A stretch of 63,975 nt of DNA, counting the filler, from Octopus bimaculoides (taxonomy: Eukaryota): NCBI RefSeq assembly GCF_001194135.2. It is 9 parts of 7 records of this genome, joined end to end, with 100 filler letters (N's around TTAATTAATTAA, not from the genome) between each part and the next. Parts side by side here need not be neighbours in the genome. Positions count along the whole stretch, not along the records: positions 1 to 25,705 come from NC_068986.1; 8 more parts are not named here. The stretch is one strand, 5' to 3'. Positions 1-13,880 of the stretch are shown here, one piece after another (positions within the stretch are counted from its first letter, which is position 1; each line of letters begins with the position of its first letter). The notes under the pieces were generated by a model, which saw only the letters and a list, made by a program, of their open reading frames with translations, searched no databases and was not told where the DNA came from. The position numbers and the translations under genes are program-made.

Positions 1-28
1 AGATAGATAGATATATATATATATAAAC

Positions 29-279
29 GGACCAAACCGCTCGTGCAATTTGTGTCCAATTGGCTGAGCATTCCGCAGTCACACATACCCTTAACGTAGT
101 TCTCAATGAGTTTCAGCGTGACACAGAATGTAACGAGGCTGGCCCTTTGAATTACGGGTACTACTCATATTTGCTAACTGTGAGGACTGGGGCAACGGGA
201 AAAAAATGTCTTCCCTAAGGCCATTAAGCGCAACAGGGAATCGAACTCACCTTACGAATGTTAGCCGAGTACCCACTTA
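29..279 (-). mobile_element. tRNA-derived SINE, family D (degraded)
   Basis: The reverse complement has a B-box-like GAGTTCGATTCCC, a CCTTAGGGAAGACA CORE-like block and the tail GGGCCAGCCTCGTTACATTCTGTGTCACGCTGAA...GAGAACTACGTTAAGGGTA. The same tail occurs at 41680-41997, 59017-59253 and 39625-40017. Confidence 0.75.
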
Positions 280-1424
280 TGTACTATATATATGTATGCA
301 TGTATGTATGTAACTAACTATAACTGCTTTGATGCATTTGTTGTGTTCTTGCAATGGCATTGCTATAACTGTAGGATTTAGAAACTGCTTGCATAAATGT
401 CGCTAGATTTTGCTGTAGATGGATTTATAAGCTTTATTCCTTTATTAATGTCGACCTTCTTATCACCTCCTACCACTTCCTTAACTAACTAAATTATTAC
501 ATATGCATTACGATATCTATTTTATGCTGGTCACGTCTTCCAATACAACCGTTTGCTATGCGGTAATCTCATATATTTACAGAGAACTTTGCCTACGCAG
601 ATTTATGTTTTATAAACTACGTGTGATTGTAGCTACGAAAGCTCCATAAATGATAATCGAATGTGACAAATCGGTGTGAGTCCGCCCTATATGTGTTAAG
701 AGAAATATACAGGAATATATGCATGAAATACGAATTTAATTATAGTTTTGCACATTTATGTAATATAAATATGCAGTGTGCGTTGTTGGGAAAGCAACAA
801 AGTTGATTTTCGTAAAACGTAAAGCGTAAGCTGAAACTAGTGTGTTTCTTGTTAAACGAACATTTATTTTTCTCAGAAGTGCTACACGTTAAACATAAGG
901 TGACTATATATTCCTAGTTTAGGAATAGAGGTTGGTGAGTATATATTTTTGGAGCGGTATAGAGCTTATCACATCATCAATCCTGATATTTAAAATCAGG
1001 TTTTATGAAATATATCTCAGTGCTACAATAAATATGTGAATACATAAATATAATGAAAACAGCTGCAAATAACTCTACATTTCTTCTCCGATTGTACCAA
1101 CGAATGGAGTTTGTTCGGATATATTTTCATTGTTATCTCACTGCATACATACACATTTTTTATACAAATATATGGGTGCATATACGCACGTATATATACT
1201 ATGTATAAGTATTTGTTTTAATGTGTGTGTGTTTGTATACTTTTATTCTTTTACGCATTTCGGTCATTTGACTGGAGTGATGCTGTGGCACAGCCTTAGA
1301 GGGAATTTTGTGGTAGAAACCGACCTCAGGGCTAATTGTTTGTAAGCTTATTACTTATTATATCGTTATCTTTTGCCGCACCGCTAAGCTACGGGAGCAT
1401 AAATGCACCGACATCGGACAAACA

Positions 1425-1540
1425 CAGACACAAAAACACATACATACACAAATACACACATACAGATACATACACACACACGCACACACATACACACGCA
1501 CACACACACATACGCACATACACACACACACACACACACA
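1425..1540. repeat. (CA)n/(CATA)n microsatellite
   Basis: Read directly from the sequence. Confidence 0.95.
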
Positions 1541-1889
1541 TATATTATTGTTCTGTTCTTGCTGGGACCAGCTAAGAAATGTACTTCACGATTGTATTCA
1601 GCGGTAAATGAATTTCATTTAATATACGTTGGATTTCAATGCAAGTTACTCTAAGTTCGATAATACAGTTATCAGACCAACGTCTGCTGTATGGACACCA
1701 TTGAAGCTCAAGTAACAACATGGCTACACTGTAGGAAAAGCGAGAGAAGAAAATAGATAAAAAAAAACAAGGGATAGAGTAAATGAAATGCAACGCCATC
1801 AAAAGCACAGAGGTAAGGGCGTTAAGACATGTGTCGCTTTGGTTAGTTAAAATGAGAATTGACAATGTCGAGTTTCGTAATACGACGGA

Positions 1890-2200
1890 GAAAGCTTAAA
1901 GTTTCTAAGCCATGATTTCTTCCAGCCCACACCTACTTGATCCATTAGCACATCGCATCGATTGTTCTATGATGCACCATGTGATGGGGGATGAGATACT
2001 AGTGTCTCTCACGTTTCAGATATGCCTTCCTAGCTTAGAGGTTTTCTTCTTTTCTACGGGCCTGAAAGAAGATTGGTGGTTGCCATATCTTCAGCCAACG
2101 TCACTTGGCCATAGACTGATATAGTCTTTTCTTTGACTTCCGTAAGTTTGTAAATCTGAGGCGACCTTCGCTTCTTAAACCGTTGAGCATGCTTGATGGA
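1890..2200 (-). pseudogene. Degraded Penelope-like GIY-YIG endonuclease C-terminal fragment
   Basis: The minus strand translates in part as HI*NVRDTSISSPITWCIIEQSMRCANGSSRCGLEEIMA. This resembles the PLE motif HIW.LK...I...I.W.I......NG..RC.LCLEEK. Stops and frameshifts are present. Confidence 0.45.
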
Positions 2201-2559
2201 GTGTGATAATGTCAGGGTATCTATCTCTATGAACCTTTACACAGATATAACAAGAAAATTCTTTATCTTAATTGACACTGGATAAAAATAGGTATCTGAA
2301 TATTATTGGTAAGCGTTCAGCGGAAGATGCTTACTGCTGCTACATCAACTTAAACCATAATCCTACATATCAGTCACTCCTGGCACCTACTCCAAATTTT
2401 AACCGTAAAGACCAATACATTTGTAATTCAACGGTTCAGACAATGACCAAGAACGAAATTAATGGAAAATTCTAGAGCATTTGCACGCTAGGGAGTAGGG
2501 ATTTTAGTTGGTCGGATTCACAACTAAAAATACTGACCGCTGTCTATCTTATACTGGGT

Positions 2560-3215
2560 TGGCATAATCGGTAGAGTGTAAGAAAATTTGTTGTATTCAG
2601 TTTCGTACATCTAGAGTCCCGAATCGACTCTCACCCTGGTAAGTTTGACTTTCATCCAAACAGCAGGCAATGAATTGAGCATATCGTGTCCCAAATTTCA
2701 GACTTATGCATTATTTAAGCGAGCATATTGCGCTAATCACCTTTTTTTCACAAATACCGTGTCTCGAGTTCGTTTATATCGTGAACCATTTTTAGGAAGC
2801 ACCTTCAAATATAATCGCATGATGGCTAGCCCCTCCAAAGCGAAACAGTATTTATCCATCAGTGGTTCGATCGAAAGGATTTGTTCTTTGGTAGCTGCTT
2901 TAAATTTTCTCACAGTTTAAGCAGACTAATGGACATTTGGGGGCATATAACAACCTTCATTCTCTTTTAAGGATGTAGGTAAGGTTATCAAGCTAAGAAC
3001 AAATTCCTTCCATTATCCCGGATGCTTTGAAACGGTTGTGGACATAATCTTACCTCTCATGAGTTATTAGAAATAAATAAGTTTTATTCTTTTAAAGTAT
3101 ATTACTGTTCTATCTATTCAGGCTTGAAAACAATATTCCAGCAGTTGAGATCGCATTTAAATCATCCCTTGACATGCTAGATAAAGCAGCCAAATCACTC
3201 TAACTTTGCAGAGGC
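2560..3215 (-). pseudogene. Degraded CR1/L2-type LINE ORF2 C-terminus
   Basis: Minus-strand pieces DLNCWNIVFKPE, ILSIEPL, RYKRTRDTVF and NSLPAVW resemble the post-RT region (W...FN..K, R.TR..F, WN.LP). Many stops. Confidence 0.45.
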
Positions 3216-3599
3216 TGTAGCTTTATGTGAACTGTATACTGCGCAAAGAAAAGAAGCGAAATGTTTATGGCTGCAACGTCTTTGATGATAGGCCTATAGG
3301 ATCAGGCATACCCTCTGGCAATCTTAGCAACATAAATCAATATACAACTTTGATTAAAAATATAACAAAAACAATTAATTTGAATACATTAAAAATGAAT
3401 AAAGAAACAACAAATCAGCGAGAAGAAAAAGGAAAGCTGATTAATTCGTGTTTTGTCGAAAGACGAACATTTAAATAAAAAGGATTGAGAGATTAAAACT
3501 TGAAAAGACGAACAAGAAATATGGACCCGTAAATGAAATACAGTAACATCACGCCATGTTAGCTTCACTGTCAATACACCTTTCTCTCCATCTCGCTTT

Positions 3600-3627
3600 A
3601 CTCTCTCTCTCACTGTATACATACATG

Positions 3628-3679
<52 letters not shown>

Positions 3680-3968
3680 NNNNNNNNNNNNNNNNNNNNN
3701 NNNNNNNNNNNNNNNNNNNNNNNNNNNNNNNNNNNNNNNNNNNNNNNNNNNNNNNNNNNNNNNNNNNNNNNNNNNNNNNNNNNNNNNNNNNNNNNNNNNN
3801 NNNNNNNNNNNNNNNNNNNNNNNNNNNNNNNNNNNNNNNNNNNNNNNNNNNNNNNNNNNNNNNNNNNNNNNNNNNNNNNNNNNNNNNNNNNNNNNNNNNN
3901 NNNNNNNNNNNNNNNNNNNTATATATACGCACACATATACAAACGCACACACACACACATATAGATAG

Positions 3969-3999
<31 letters not shown>

Positions 4000-4012
4000 G
4001 ATAGATAGATAG
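3600..4012. repeat. Compound (CT)/(TACA)/(TA) | gap | (CA)/(AGAT) microsatellite
   Basis: Read directly; interrupted by about 240 N. Confidence 0.9.
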
Positions 4013-4949
4013 ACGGCAAAGCGACAAGCTGCATATTGCAAGGATTATTACATCAGCATTGTGAAATATGCAGCAACTGACTGCTGAGCACCGAAATAGC
4101 AGTGTGTACGTGAGATGTTTCATAACAGCACAAAAGTCACATTAATAAAAGAGGTTTTATAAAAGAGTTATGAACTGAACAAACAAATAAATATACACAG
4201 AAATCATTAATAAAGGAACAGGAAGTAATAGAATATGTTTTCACACAAACATTAGAATCTAAAATTAAAACGAAAAAATCATACGACACAGACATACACA
4301 CATCCATAGATATGCGCACACATACATACACATACACGTACACACACATGGTGCTTACCATAAAATCTGTGTAGTTATGTATGGACATTTACAAGAATAT
4401 GTTATTCATATATGAATATCAGACATATGTACAAGAAGGTGGGACAACGAATGAAAGAGAGGAAGCAGGCAACATATTTGGTTAGTGATTGACGCATGTA
4501 TTTATGAGGGAACTGCCCATTACTTTGGTTAGTGTAAGGCACGTGCACCACGTATGTACCGAGTCCCACGACCAACAACTTTACGTATTATAGGGCCAAC
4601 ACACATATAAGCTAGGCATATACACACATATAGCCATGTAAACACACGCATAGTTATATATGAGTATATATGCAGCTTGTTCCTTCTTTTGGTCTTTCAA
4701 ATGACTTGGATAGATTTGGAACCTTTTTTTTTTCTTAGAGAACGTCTGAGTTCTTATTTTGGGCCAGAATGAAAAGCCAGTATAGTTCATCATCCATAGA
4801 TTAACGACAAAAACATATATTGCTAAATATCTACTCGTGTCTAATTTGGGAGTTCTAATCTTGAGAAGGTCAAATTTCCCCTTTGTGTCTTCCTGGTTTC
4901 ATTAAGTGTAATACCAGCCTTGCACTATTGTTCGCTGAAATTACACAAA

Positions 4950-5168
4950 CAGTCTGGTCCCCAACCGTTGTTTTTTTGCTTAGGGACACCATTATTTCAT
5001 ATTTTGCAATATTGGACCCCTACGTTAAGAAAATTCCTATTATATTTTCATGATAAATTATTATTAGGAATTGTATTTGAAAAATTAAAATATTTGGTGT
5101 ATCATAGAATGATGACCAATTCATTGCATAGAAACAAAATCCTACATGAACCCCTTTGAAAATCACTG
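4950..5168. mobile_element. hAT-type MITE (degraded)
   Basis: Termini CAGTCTGGTCCCCAACC and TTTGAAAATCACTG resemble CAGTGGT/CAGTGAT hAT TIRs. Internal GGGACACC/GGACCCC motifs also occur at 60970-61220. Confidence 0.5.
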
Positions 5169-6944
5169 CTCTAAAAGAATGCCCTAAACGTATCAAAGAT
5201 CCACTTGGGGCTTAGGGTGGCAATTTTAATCGTGGTGGCGATGGCGGCAATGTTGGTGGTGGTATTATCTGTCTGTCTCTGTCTCATTCTGTCATTCATT
5301 CATTCAATCTTTCATTCGTTCTTTCAATTAGTCTATCATTCTTCCTTTCATAATCTTCTTTATTCATTAGTTCCTCGTTTCCTGAATGCTTTTATAAACT
5401 TCAATTGTTCTATTTTGATTCTTTCGTTCATACATTCATTTTTGTCACTCATTCATTAATTCAGTCGATGACGCATTCAATCATTTTCATTCACTTATGT
5501 TGTATTCAATCATTCGCGTCTTCCTTCCTTTCCTACCTCTTTTAATTTTCTCTTTCTTTCATTCATTCCATGTTTAACCGTCATCTTCTATCGCTTTCTT
5601 TCTTCTCTCTCTGCATTTCTTACTCGAGTTTTTTCCTTATAATTTTTATTCCTCCATTTCATCTCTCTTCCTCTTTCTCGCTCTCGCTTTCTTTTTATAC
5701 AAATTTCCAAATAGCTTCTACATCTCATTCTCTGTTGCCTTCCTACCTCTATAGTCATATAACCATTACCTGCATATACCCTCAAACCAGCTCCTTTTAC
5801 CCCACATTCTNNNNNNNNNNNNNNNNNNNNNNNNNNNNNNNNNNNNNNNNNNNNNNNNNNNNNNNNNNNNNNNNNNNNNNNNNNNNCCCCCCGCCCGCTA
5901 TCTTTTCTTATATACTTTATTAAATCTCGTATTTCATCAGTTCATTTTCATCTCCTTCATTTTCCTAATAATAATTCCCTTCCTTCCTCATCCCCCATCT
6001 ATCTCTGTCAAACCCCACATCTCAAAATTCTTTAATATTAAATCATTCAATCACCCTAATTTTGCATGTTTTGGTTTGGCAATAAATTCAACCATATTTC
6101 AAAGATGAATGCGAAGCAAAAATTGAATCAACGTGAGTGGAAACTAAACCAGCCTATTAGCACGTGATCTAATTATCCATTAGTTTGGTGTCGTCTACTT
6201 AACATCATCGATTCCACAGTAATTATTTAATATCATCTTCGATCATCTATCTATGATCATTTACTCTAATCTTTGAAGTGTCATAAATTTCATGTCATCT
6301 CCTATCATGTTCACAGCTATGACTTGTCAATTATTCACTGTTATCTATTGTCATCTATACTCATCAATTATCCGTCATTTATTGCCATAGTGTCTCTTTT
6401 ATTATCTGTCATCTGTCATACACCATCAATTCTTCTGATCTATTACTCCTTATCTGTTTTCATCAGCAGTCATCTCTTAATTATCATCTATTGTTACTGT
6501 TTATTACCTATCAACTGTCATCTTATACTATATACTCTCGCCTCACTTACATCTATTGATAACTTCAATGGAGAGATTTCTCTTTTGTAGAGTATTTGCA
6601 CCTGGAAAGGTCATCTCTAAAGTGCCAGATTGCGTGCATGTGTGTACGTGTATCTGTGTATGTTTGTATTTGTGCGCGTAAGCCGACCACTTGTCCATGC
6701 ATTTAGGTCTCCAGTCTCTGCACCACGTAAGATTTATTACCAAGGGAAGGCACGGTTGACCAATTTAACATCAGGACGTTGATGCAGACATGATGTTTGG
6801 AATAGAGAAACAGAGAGACAGAGACAGACAGACAGGCAAATAGACAAACAGGCAGACTGACAGAGACACAGAGGGTGCAAGAGAGGGGCATACACGTAGA
6901 GCGATGTGTCACGTATGACAATCTCTCTAAGCGATCAATCTGGT

Positions 6945-7070
6945 TTGGCAACTTTTTTATCATTTTAGTAGAAAACGATTAACTGTAAAGTTGAACTCGG
7001 CAAGATTTCAACCCAGATTGCAAAGAACACAAACAGTTATCAACGCCCTAACGACACTTACAATAGTATG
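6945..7070 (-). mobile_element. SINE family B, highly degraded
   Basis: TAAAGTTGAACTCGGCAAGATTTCAACCCAG aligns to AAAGTCGACCTCGGCGGAATTTGAACTCAG of the copy at 40780-41019. Confidence 0.5.
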
Positions 7071-8777
7071 ACTGTCTGAGGAAAACTTTCGGTCACATTT
7101 TATGCATTACAGAGACCCGCACAAAGAGCCAAGTGGGCTTAATGTTTCTCTTCTTGTTAATTCTTTAGAAATAATTTTTAAAACTCGGAACTTACAATGT
7201 CCTTTATACACCATTTTACCAACTCCGTCAGTCCACCTCATAGCTCTAATAATAAAATTGATGTTTCCTTAAAATTGGAAATATTAATAGCTATTCCAAT
7301 GTAACTCTATATTTTTAGATTATCTGCGTTTTATATTTGCACCAATTGCAAATGCTGTGAAGGAAATCATTATTTCTTGCCATAATGCTACTTTGTTTTC
7401 GTCCAAAGGCTAATTAGTATAATATATTAGATTATAATCTTGCCTAAAACGGATATTAAAACTAATTAATACTTGCAAGGACCTCCATGGTCTAGTGCAC
7501 CAATAGTCGATTCGATTCTATTTTCGCTTTAGTTATGCTATTGAATGAATTCTCTCCACTTAATAATAAAAACAAATGCATTTGCGCAGTTTTAATGCTT
7601 TTCTCCCATGGGATTCGACATCGTCGCACCAAGAATCCAAAACACAAGTCAACATCACAACATACATCTGTTTATGATAATTACAGAATCCACACTGTTA
7701 GAAATTGCATTGAATTATCTGTACAACCTCATCTTACCTTCTATTTAAGTTCAATATTTATTAGTCAAAGTAACGCTACATAAATTCAAAAAGCAGAGAT
7801 TACAATTGTTGGAATACATATTATCTAATGTATCCATTTTAGGGTTTGGCGGAGGTCTTAAACACCAATCAGTGCCGCAGTATATATAAACAGCTTCGGT
7901 GATGGTAGACCCTTGTTGAAAATGTATACAAAATAGTTTAATTGGATGGGAAATAATTCTTTATTGGCTGCAATGGACACAAAAGTTGTTTAGCCCTCGG
8001 CTTTCAAGCTGGCCATATGCATCCGAAGAGTTCTACCTGCTTTATATTCGAACTGATCAAATCTGGCCCCTCACACATATCCTACAATGTCATTCTAAAG
8101 ATAAACAATCACACATTCAAAATCTTGATGCTAAAAGACACTACATGATTTATTTTGTGTTTTAAATGTGGATAAAGAAGCATTACATTTGGTGAATCAA
8201 CTTGAATACCAAATGGCTAGGACAATAGCAGGACAAAAGACAATAAAGATATACGTGAAAGCGTGTAATCATTTAAGGAAATAACAAGCAAAATTAATTC
8301 TCTGAAATACCACAATAAGAAGTAACAGCACCATTGGATAGCGCAGGGACATCACAGATCCAAGCCCTCGCTACTCACCATAAGTACCTCGGCAAGTGCT
8401 CCAGTTTCGTCTCTTCTCTGCAGCCTACAGGTGTCGGCTTTACCTGGGCCTATTTACTCAGGCCATTCGCGCCACATTCCTCCATTTTTCAACGAATTAT
8501 TCACCGATATTTAGTGATACAACTGAAAAAAAAAACACAGTGTGTAAAATATATCGGAAATAAAACCCCAAAACATATCAGTTATTTGGATGTCGGCAGT
8601 GAATGTGAAACATTCATAATTGGCTTTTTATTTTTATAATCAACCTGAACACAACTCACATTCCCTCATACCTACTTTCTATCAGAATTGCTCTCATGAT
8701 AATTATGTTAATTATAATGATTTATATTAGCAACTGCACTAGGTCACATAGTCAATTTAATCAACCAGAATATATAC

Positions 8778-8847
<70 letters not shown>

Positions 8848-8964
8848 TGTGTGGCTGATTAATGATTTGGCCTCAGCGGGATTTGGAATCATTTGAAATC
8901 AAAAGGTAAAAGGACGTAATTAAACACGTCAAGAATATTCGTTCACACGTAAAACCCACTGCTG

Positions 8965-9202
8965 CTGCTGCTGCTGCTGCAAGTATTAGTGCCGCCACGA
9001 CATGCACCATGACCACCACCATGACCATCACTACCACCACCACCACTATCACTATCATCACTACACCACCGCCATCACCACCGCCACTACTACTACTACT
9101 ACTTCGCAGCCTGTTACTGCTAATGCTGCTGCTGGTGCTATTGTGATAGTAGTGAAGAGATGATGGTCACGATGAAGATGAAGCTGGTGGTGGTGATGAT
9201 GT

Positions 9203-9238
<36 letters not shown>

Positions 9239-9345
9239 CGTCGAGGACGATGACGATGACTTCGATGGTAACGATGACGACCACGACGACAACGATGACG
9301 TCAATGATGACGACGACTACGACGATGATGATGGGGATAATGATG
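8965..9345. repeat. Compound trinucleotide low-complexity tract (CTG, CAC, TAC, GAT, GAC)
   Basis: Read directly from the sequence. Confidence 0.9.
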
Positions 9346-9849
9346 ATTTATTTAACAATTGCGCGAGAAGAACGGAACGCTATAAATGCAATAGATAGAA
9401 GGAGAAGAAAAGGATACCCTAAAGTATATACGTGAGATCTTCGCTCTGATACCCGAGGACCTGCAAATAGGAACAGACAAAAGCCTACATACAAGTCAAT
9501 CAGATGACCATAATTGTCTTGAGACAGGCCAGCCAAACCAGGCGATTTTATTCTTCGCTATCCCGAACATCACATCCTGTATTTCCTCGGAGTTTCCTAT
9601 CACTTTACCTCCTCATTCGCCGTAATTCTCTACTGCCTGTGATCCATCTCGCTCTCCCAAATTCAGCTCTTTGTCACAACACGTGGCATCTGCGTAGACC
9701 GAAACTAACAAAAACTTTTCTTTCACTATTTAGCGCAAAACAAAAAAATATGTTTGTATTAACGTGTCTGTTCATGAAAATCGTGGATAATCAACGTGAA
9801 ATGCATTTCCCCATCCTATCGATGTGTTTATTGTAATAGAATCAGATAT

Positions 9850-10025
9850 TAGGCGCTGTGAAATGCTTTTTATTTTAGAGTTGTGAGTTCAAATTTCGCC
9901 GAGGTCGACTTTACTCTTCATCATTTTGATGGGGGTGAATTAAAGCACCAGTTATGTATTCGGGATTGATGTAATTAACTCATTCCTCTTCTCCGAAATT
10001 TTTAACCCTCAAACAAAATTAAAAC
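9850..10025 (+). mobile_element. SINE family B, degraded
   Basis: GAGTTCAAATTTCGCCGAGGTCGACTTTACTCTTCATCATTTT matches family B at 30877-31088. Confidence 0.7.
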
Positions 10026-10269
10026 CAATTTTATTCTATTATACCGTTTGTCTTCCTACTTATCTTTATTTATATCTTTATATTATTAGATCGATGGACA
10101 GACAGACAGACAGATTCACAGACAGACAGGCAGACAGACTGATAGGTAGTTAGATAGATAGATAAATAGATAGATAGATACATACATACATAATTTTTTG
10201 GCCACACAGGGCTGAACACAGAGGGGACAAATACAAATGTTGAGTTTTTCTTTTCGAAAATGAAAAAAA

Positions 10270-10515
10270 AAGGAGGAAAATATTGCCACCAGTACGATGA
10301 AGAATGCTTTCCCTTCCCGGTTGCGGGAAGCGGGTGGATCAATCTTCATGAAAGACTCGGTGGATAGGCGTACTCGTGCCACATGTGCCAGCAGCCGTTC
10401 GGTATAAGCCCACAGGTCCGAAATGGCTGGACACTGCAGGAATGCGTACAGAGCGGTTTCGTCGCTATGACCGCATCTCGGGCACGTCGGTCTGGTGTGT
10501 CTCGAACCGTGCCTT
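10270..10515 (-). pseudogene. L1/Tx1-type LINE ORF2 C-terminal zinc-knuckle fragment
   Basis: RPTCPRCGHSDETALYAFLQCPAISDLW fits the C..C....ET..H.F..C.....LW CCHC motif of L1/Tx1 ORF2, with the His mutated. Confidence 0.7.
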
Positions 10516-10744
10516 GATAGATAGATATATAGATAAATACCCAACTATCTGTGATATTCAACCAAAATCGCTAGGAAGGACCTCAGACGGTAATTTATAC
10601 GTTTCCGTCCCAAGGTTTACGAAACGAAAATTAAACCAATGCTTCATATAATGCCACTTAAGGACTTATATAGAGACAGACATTAGCTGCATTAACGCAC
10701 GGGATACACACAGACCTCCATGCTTCCGCACATTCACACAGATA

Positions 10745-10852
10745 TACTCTTTTACTCTGTTATTTGTTTCAGTCATTTGACTGCGGCCATGTTGGAGCAC
10801 CGCTTTTTAGTCGAGCAAATCGACCCCAGGATTTATTCTTTGGAAGCCTAGA
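10745..10852 (-). mobile_element. SINE family A, 3' end fragment
   Basis: TTTCAGTCATTTGACTGCGGCCATGTTGGAGCACCGCTTTTTAGTCGAGCAAATCGACCCCAGGA is near-identical to 48700-48780. Confidence 0.85.
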
Positions 10853-11056
10853 TAGACATGGCATAGATGAGTATCTGACGCTGATGAAAAAGTTTTCATT
10901 CGAAGCGATAAGCCTTGTTTGCGCTTTGTTGAGGCGGAATTTGCAAACAAAACCAGTACACACACACACACACACACACACAAAACACCCACACACACAC
11001 ATACATACATCCAGCCTTACAACGTATCTCGCCTTTATTCATTTTCCTCCCAGTTC

Positions 11057-11096
<40 letters not shown>

Positions 11097-11784
11097 NNNN
11101 NNNNNNNNNNNNNNNNNNNNNNNNNNNNNNNNNNNNNNNNNNNNNNNNNNNNNNNNNNNNNNNNNNNNNNNNNNNNNNNNNNNNNNNNNNNNNNNNNNNN
11201 NNNNNNNNNNNNNNNNNNNNNNNTGGAAAGAAGCTAAAGGACAGACGCAAGGATTAATGGGTAATAAATGCATGTATACCTACTTTGAAAAGTGGAAGAT
11301 ATATATATATATATATATACATATATATCCTCGTTTGCCTATAAGCCAAATATGAAAATATGGCTTGTCACCTTAGTTTGGGGAAATAAATTGGGAATTT
11401 TTCAGTTTCTCCGTTGCCCGTAACAAATGCAATTTGGCATTTATTTCTGGAAGTTTATAGTTGGAAGGTGAACTAGGAATGTGTTAGCTTAATCAACAGA
11501 ATAGGTTTTAGGATATGACAGAAATAAAGATGTTTTGCGCTGGTAAATCGCCTAGAGTTAGCAAGAAATATGGGGTTTGTTGTTCAGAATTATTTAAAGG
11601 TACATCGCCAATGTTTTTGAATGTGAAATGATGTGGAGGATATGGAGACGGACAGCGTTATGGATACTATGTATTTTGAAATACATGTATACGCATATAC
11701 ATACAAGCACGCAGGTATATATGTATACATATATGAAGAGACATATATGTATTTAAACACACATATATATACATAAAAAATCAT

Positions 11785-11789
<5 letters not shown>

Positions 11790-11877
<88 letters not shown>

Positions 11878-11886
11878 TATAGACAT

Positions 11887-11926
<40 letters not shown>

Positions 11927-11965
11927 CCAGATATATAGATATGTATATATATATATATATACATA
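11790..11965. repeat. (TA)n-(GA)n-(GATA)n compound microsatellite
   Basis: Read directly from the sequence. Confidence 0.95.
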
Positions 11966-13654
11966 GATATATGTAGTTATTGACGCCGACGCCATTAATG
12001 TGTTTGTTGTTGGTAGTAGTAGCGTTGGTTGTAATGGCGTTGCTGGTAGTGTTGGTGGTGATGGTGGCGGTATTGTTAGTAATGGTGTCTGCCGTCGTCG
12101 TGGTATTGGCGCTGGGGTCGTTGCTATTGCTATTTCTACTCTCGCTGCACTTGTTACTTACAGGTTATATAAATAGTTTTAATGCAATTGAAGAATCGCG
12201 AATATTTACTGGTGACAGTCAATACATACGCTTGGTTTTCTGTAATATATTGCAATGTATTATTGTATCTTACTTCTATTACTGCTATATACAGTTATGA
12301 CTTTGCTGATAAACCGAGACCTGTATTTAATATATCACAATATGTTTCTGTTTCGTGCTCCGTTGCAGCATTTGTATAAAGCTAAAAACTTCTTAAAATG
12401 GAAAATGACGAATCTCTGCTTTCCTTCACTCTCCGCATAATTCTTTTCAAATAGTTGTTTAATGATCGCCACATTAATTACATTGACGCTAACTTAAGCA
12501 ATTGTTTTACAAATAGATTATGTTTCTGACTTATTTATTCTTTAAATAACTCCGGTTTTTATCACCGACCAGTGTTCATTTGTATAACCTTATATAGCGA
12601 TACCGCCATCATTAATTTGACAAATGCGGTAAATACTATATTCGCTGATGAGTGCATAATTCGACGAAGATATGCTTAGTGTTGTCTGTCGCTTACGTGC
12701 CGAATAAATTAGAAAGTATTTATAGATGACAGATTTAGTTTCTTATATATTTACAAGTGTTCTTCCCATAATTACTTTTAGTTATAAATTTCATGTCGAC
12801 TACATCGAGTAGGTTATTACTCAACTATTTTAGTCCACATTTATGTACACAGACTCTAATGATTAATACAGTTCAAATATGTTGATACTTCGAGATGATA
12901 TATCATTTCATACATCATGGCTTCAATTCAATGAAAAGTCCAATAGCCAAAATGGGCGATCGAGTGTTACAAGTCGTACTGTGTGAGGCTAAAATAGTGT
13001 GCAAAATACAATTATATTCATTTCTAACAATCAGCATTATCACAAGTTCGAGTAACCGAATAACACCCTATTTCTATTCAATGTACATTCAATTCAGTAA
13101 CAAAATGAAAAATGATATCCTATTTTACATTTGCAAATTAAAATAAAAGTGGATGACAGTAAATGTGGAGGCTCCAGCTATATCCTCTGTAATATCCACG
13201 TACATTCTTTTACTATTTAAGTTTCAATGTTGCCAGTAATCTTAATCTTATCACATGGGAGCTACCCATGATATATGTACTAGCTACACACCCAAGCATA
13301 CACAAATGACTGTGTTTTTTTATGAAAGATTTCGTAGTTCTATCGCTGACTCGGCGCCGACAATTTTTGCACCGGACATTTCCATCTTTGTGTCTTTCTC
13401 TCCCCTTTCTTTCTTTCTATTTGCCGGAGCATATTTCTCTTTCTCTGTTTGATAATAGGTATAGAGTTTATGTTAATCGTTTTCAATAAATAAATTGCAA
13501 TTTCCCTCTTCATTCTTTCTCTCTCTCTCTCTCTCTCTCCCCTCTATCTCTCTCTCTTTCGCTCTCTCCTCTCTCATTCTCTCTATTTGTATGTGTGTAG
13601 ATTATTTATATGTGCACGTGTATGCATGAGTGTGTGTTTCATACTGGATGTAGC

Positions 13655-13880
13655 TTAGGCTGTCGGGATGGACAGCAGCAACTCCATCGTTGATGCGTGA
13701 GTAACACACTTTGAGTGTGGGTTATTTCCCTTCATCACAGATGTTGTTTTGAGCTGAGTGGGAGGTAGGGGTGCCAGATTTCTTTGTTCGAAAATATAAG
13801 GACAGAGATCGTGTCGTTAGCCAGCTGGAGACGATGTCTCCTGGGGCAACATTAGTCCTAAACCAAGACTGCCACGTTAT
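13655..13880. repeat. GC-richer interspersed repeat of unknown class, related to 25860-26080
   Basis: Shares GTGTCG.T.AGCCAGCTGGAG..GATGTC.TCCTGGGGC with 25990-26028. Confidence 0.45.

Noticed and set aside
10880-10915. CTGATGA...CGAAGCG hammerhead-like string
   Set aside because: GAAA is broken, stem II is not formed independently of the core, and there is no stem I partner.
12644-12675. CTGATGAGT...ACGAAG hammerhead-like string
   Set aside because: Only a 2-bp stem II, no A15.1-U16.1 pair and no stem I.
13810-13875. HDV-like ribozyme suggested by CTGGGGCAAC
   Set aside because: The would-be P1 strands close a 3-nt loop with no room for P2/P3. It is kept only as an unexplained hairpin.
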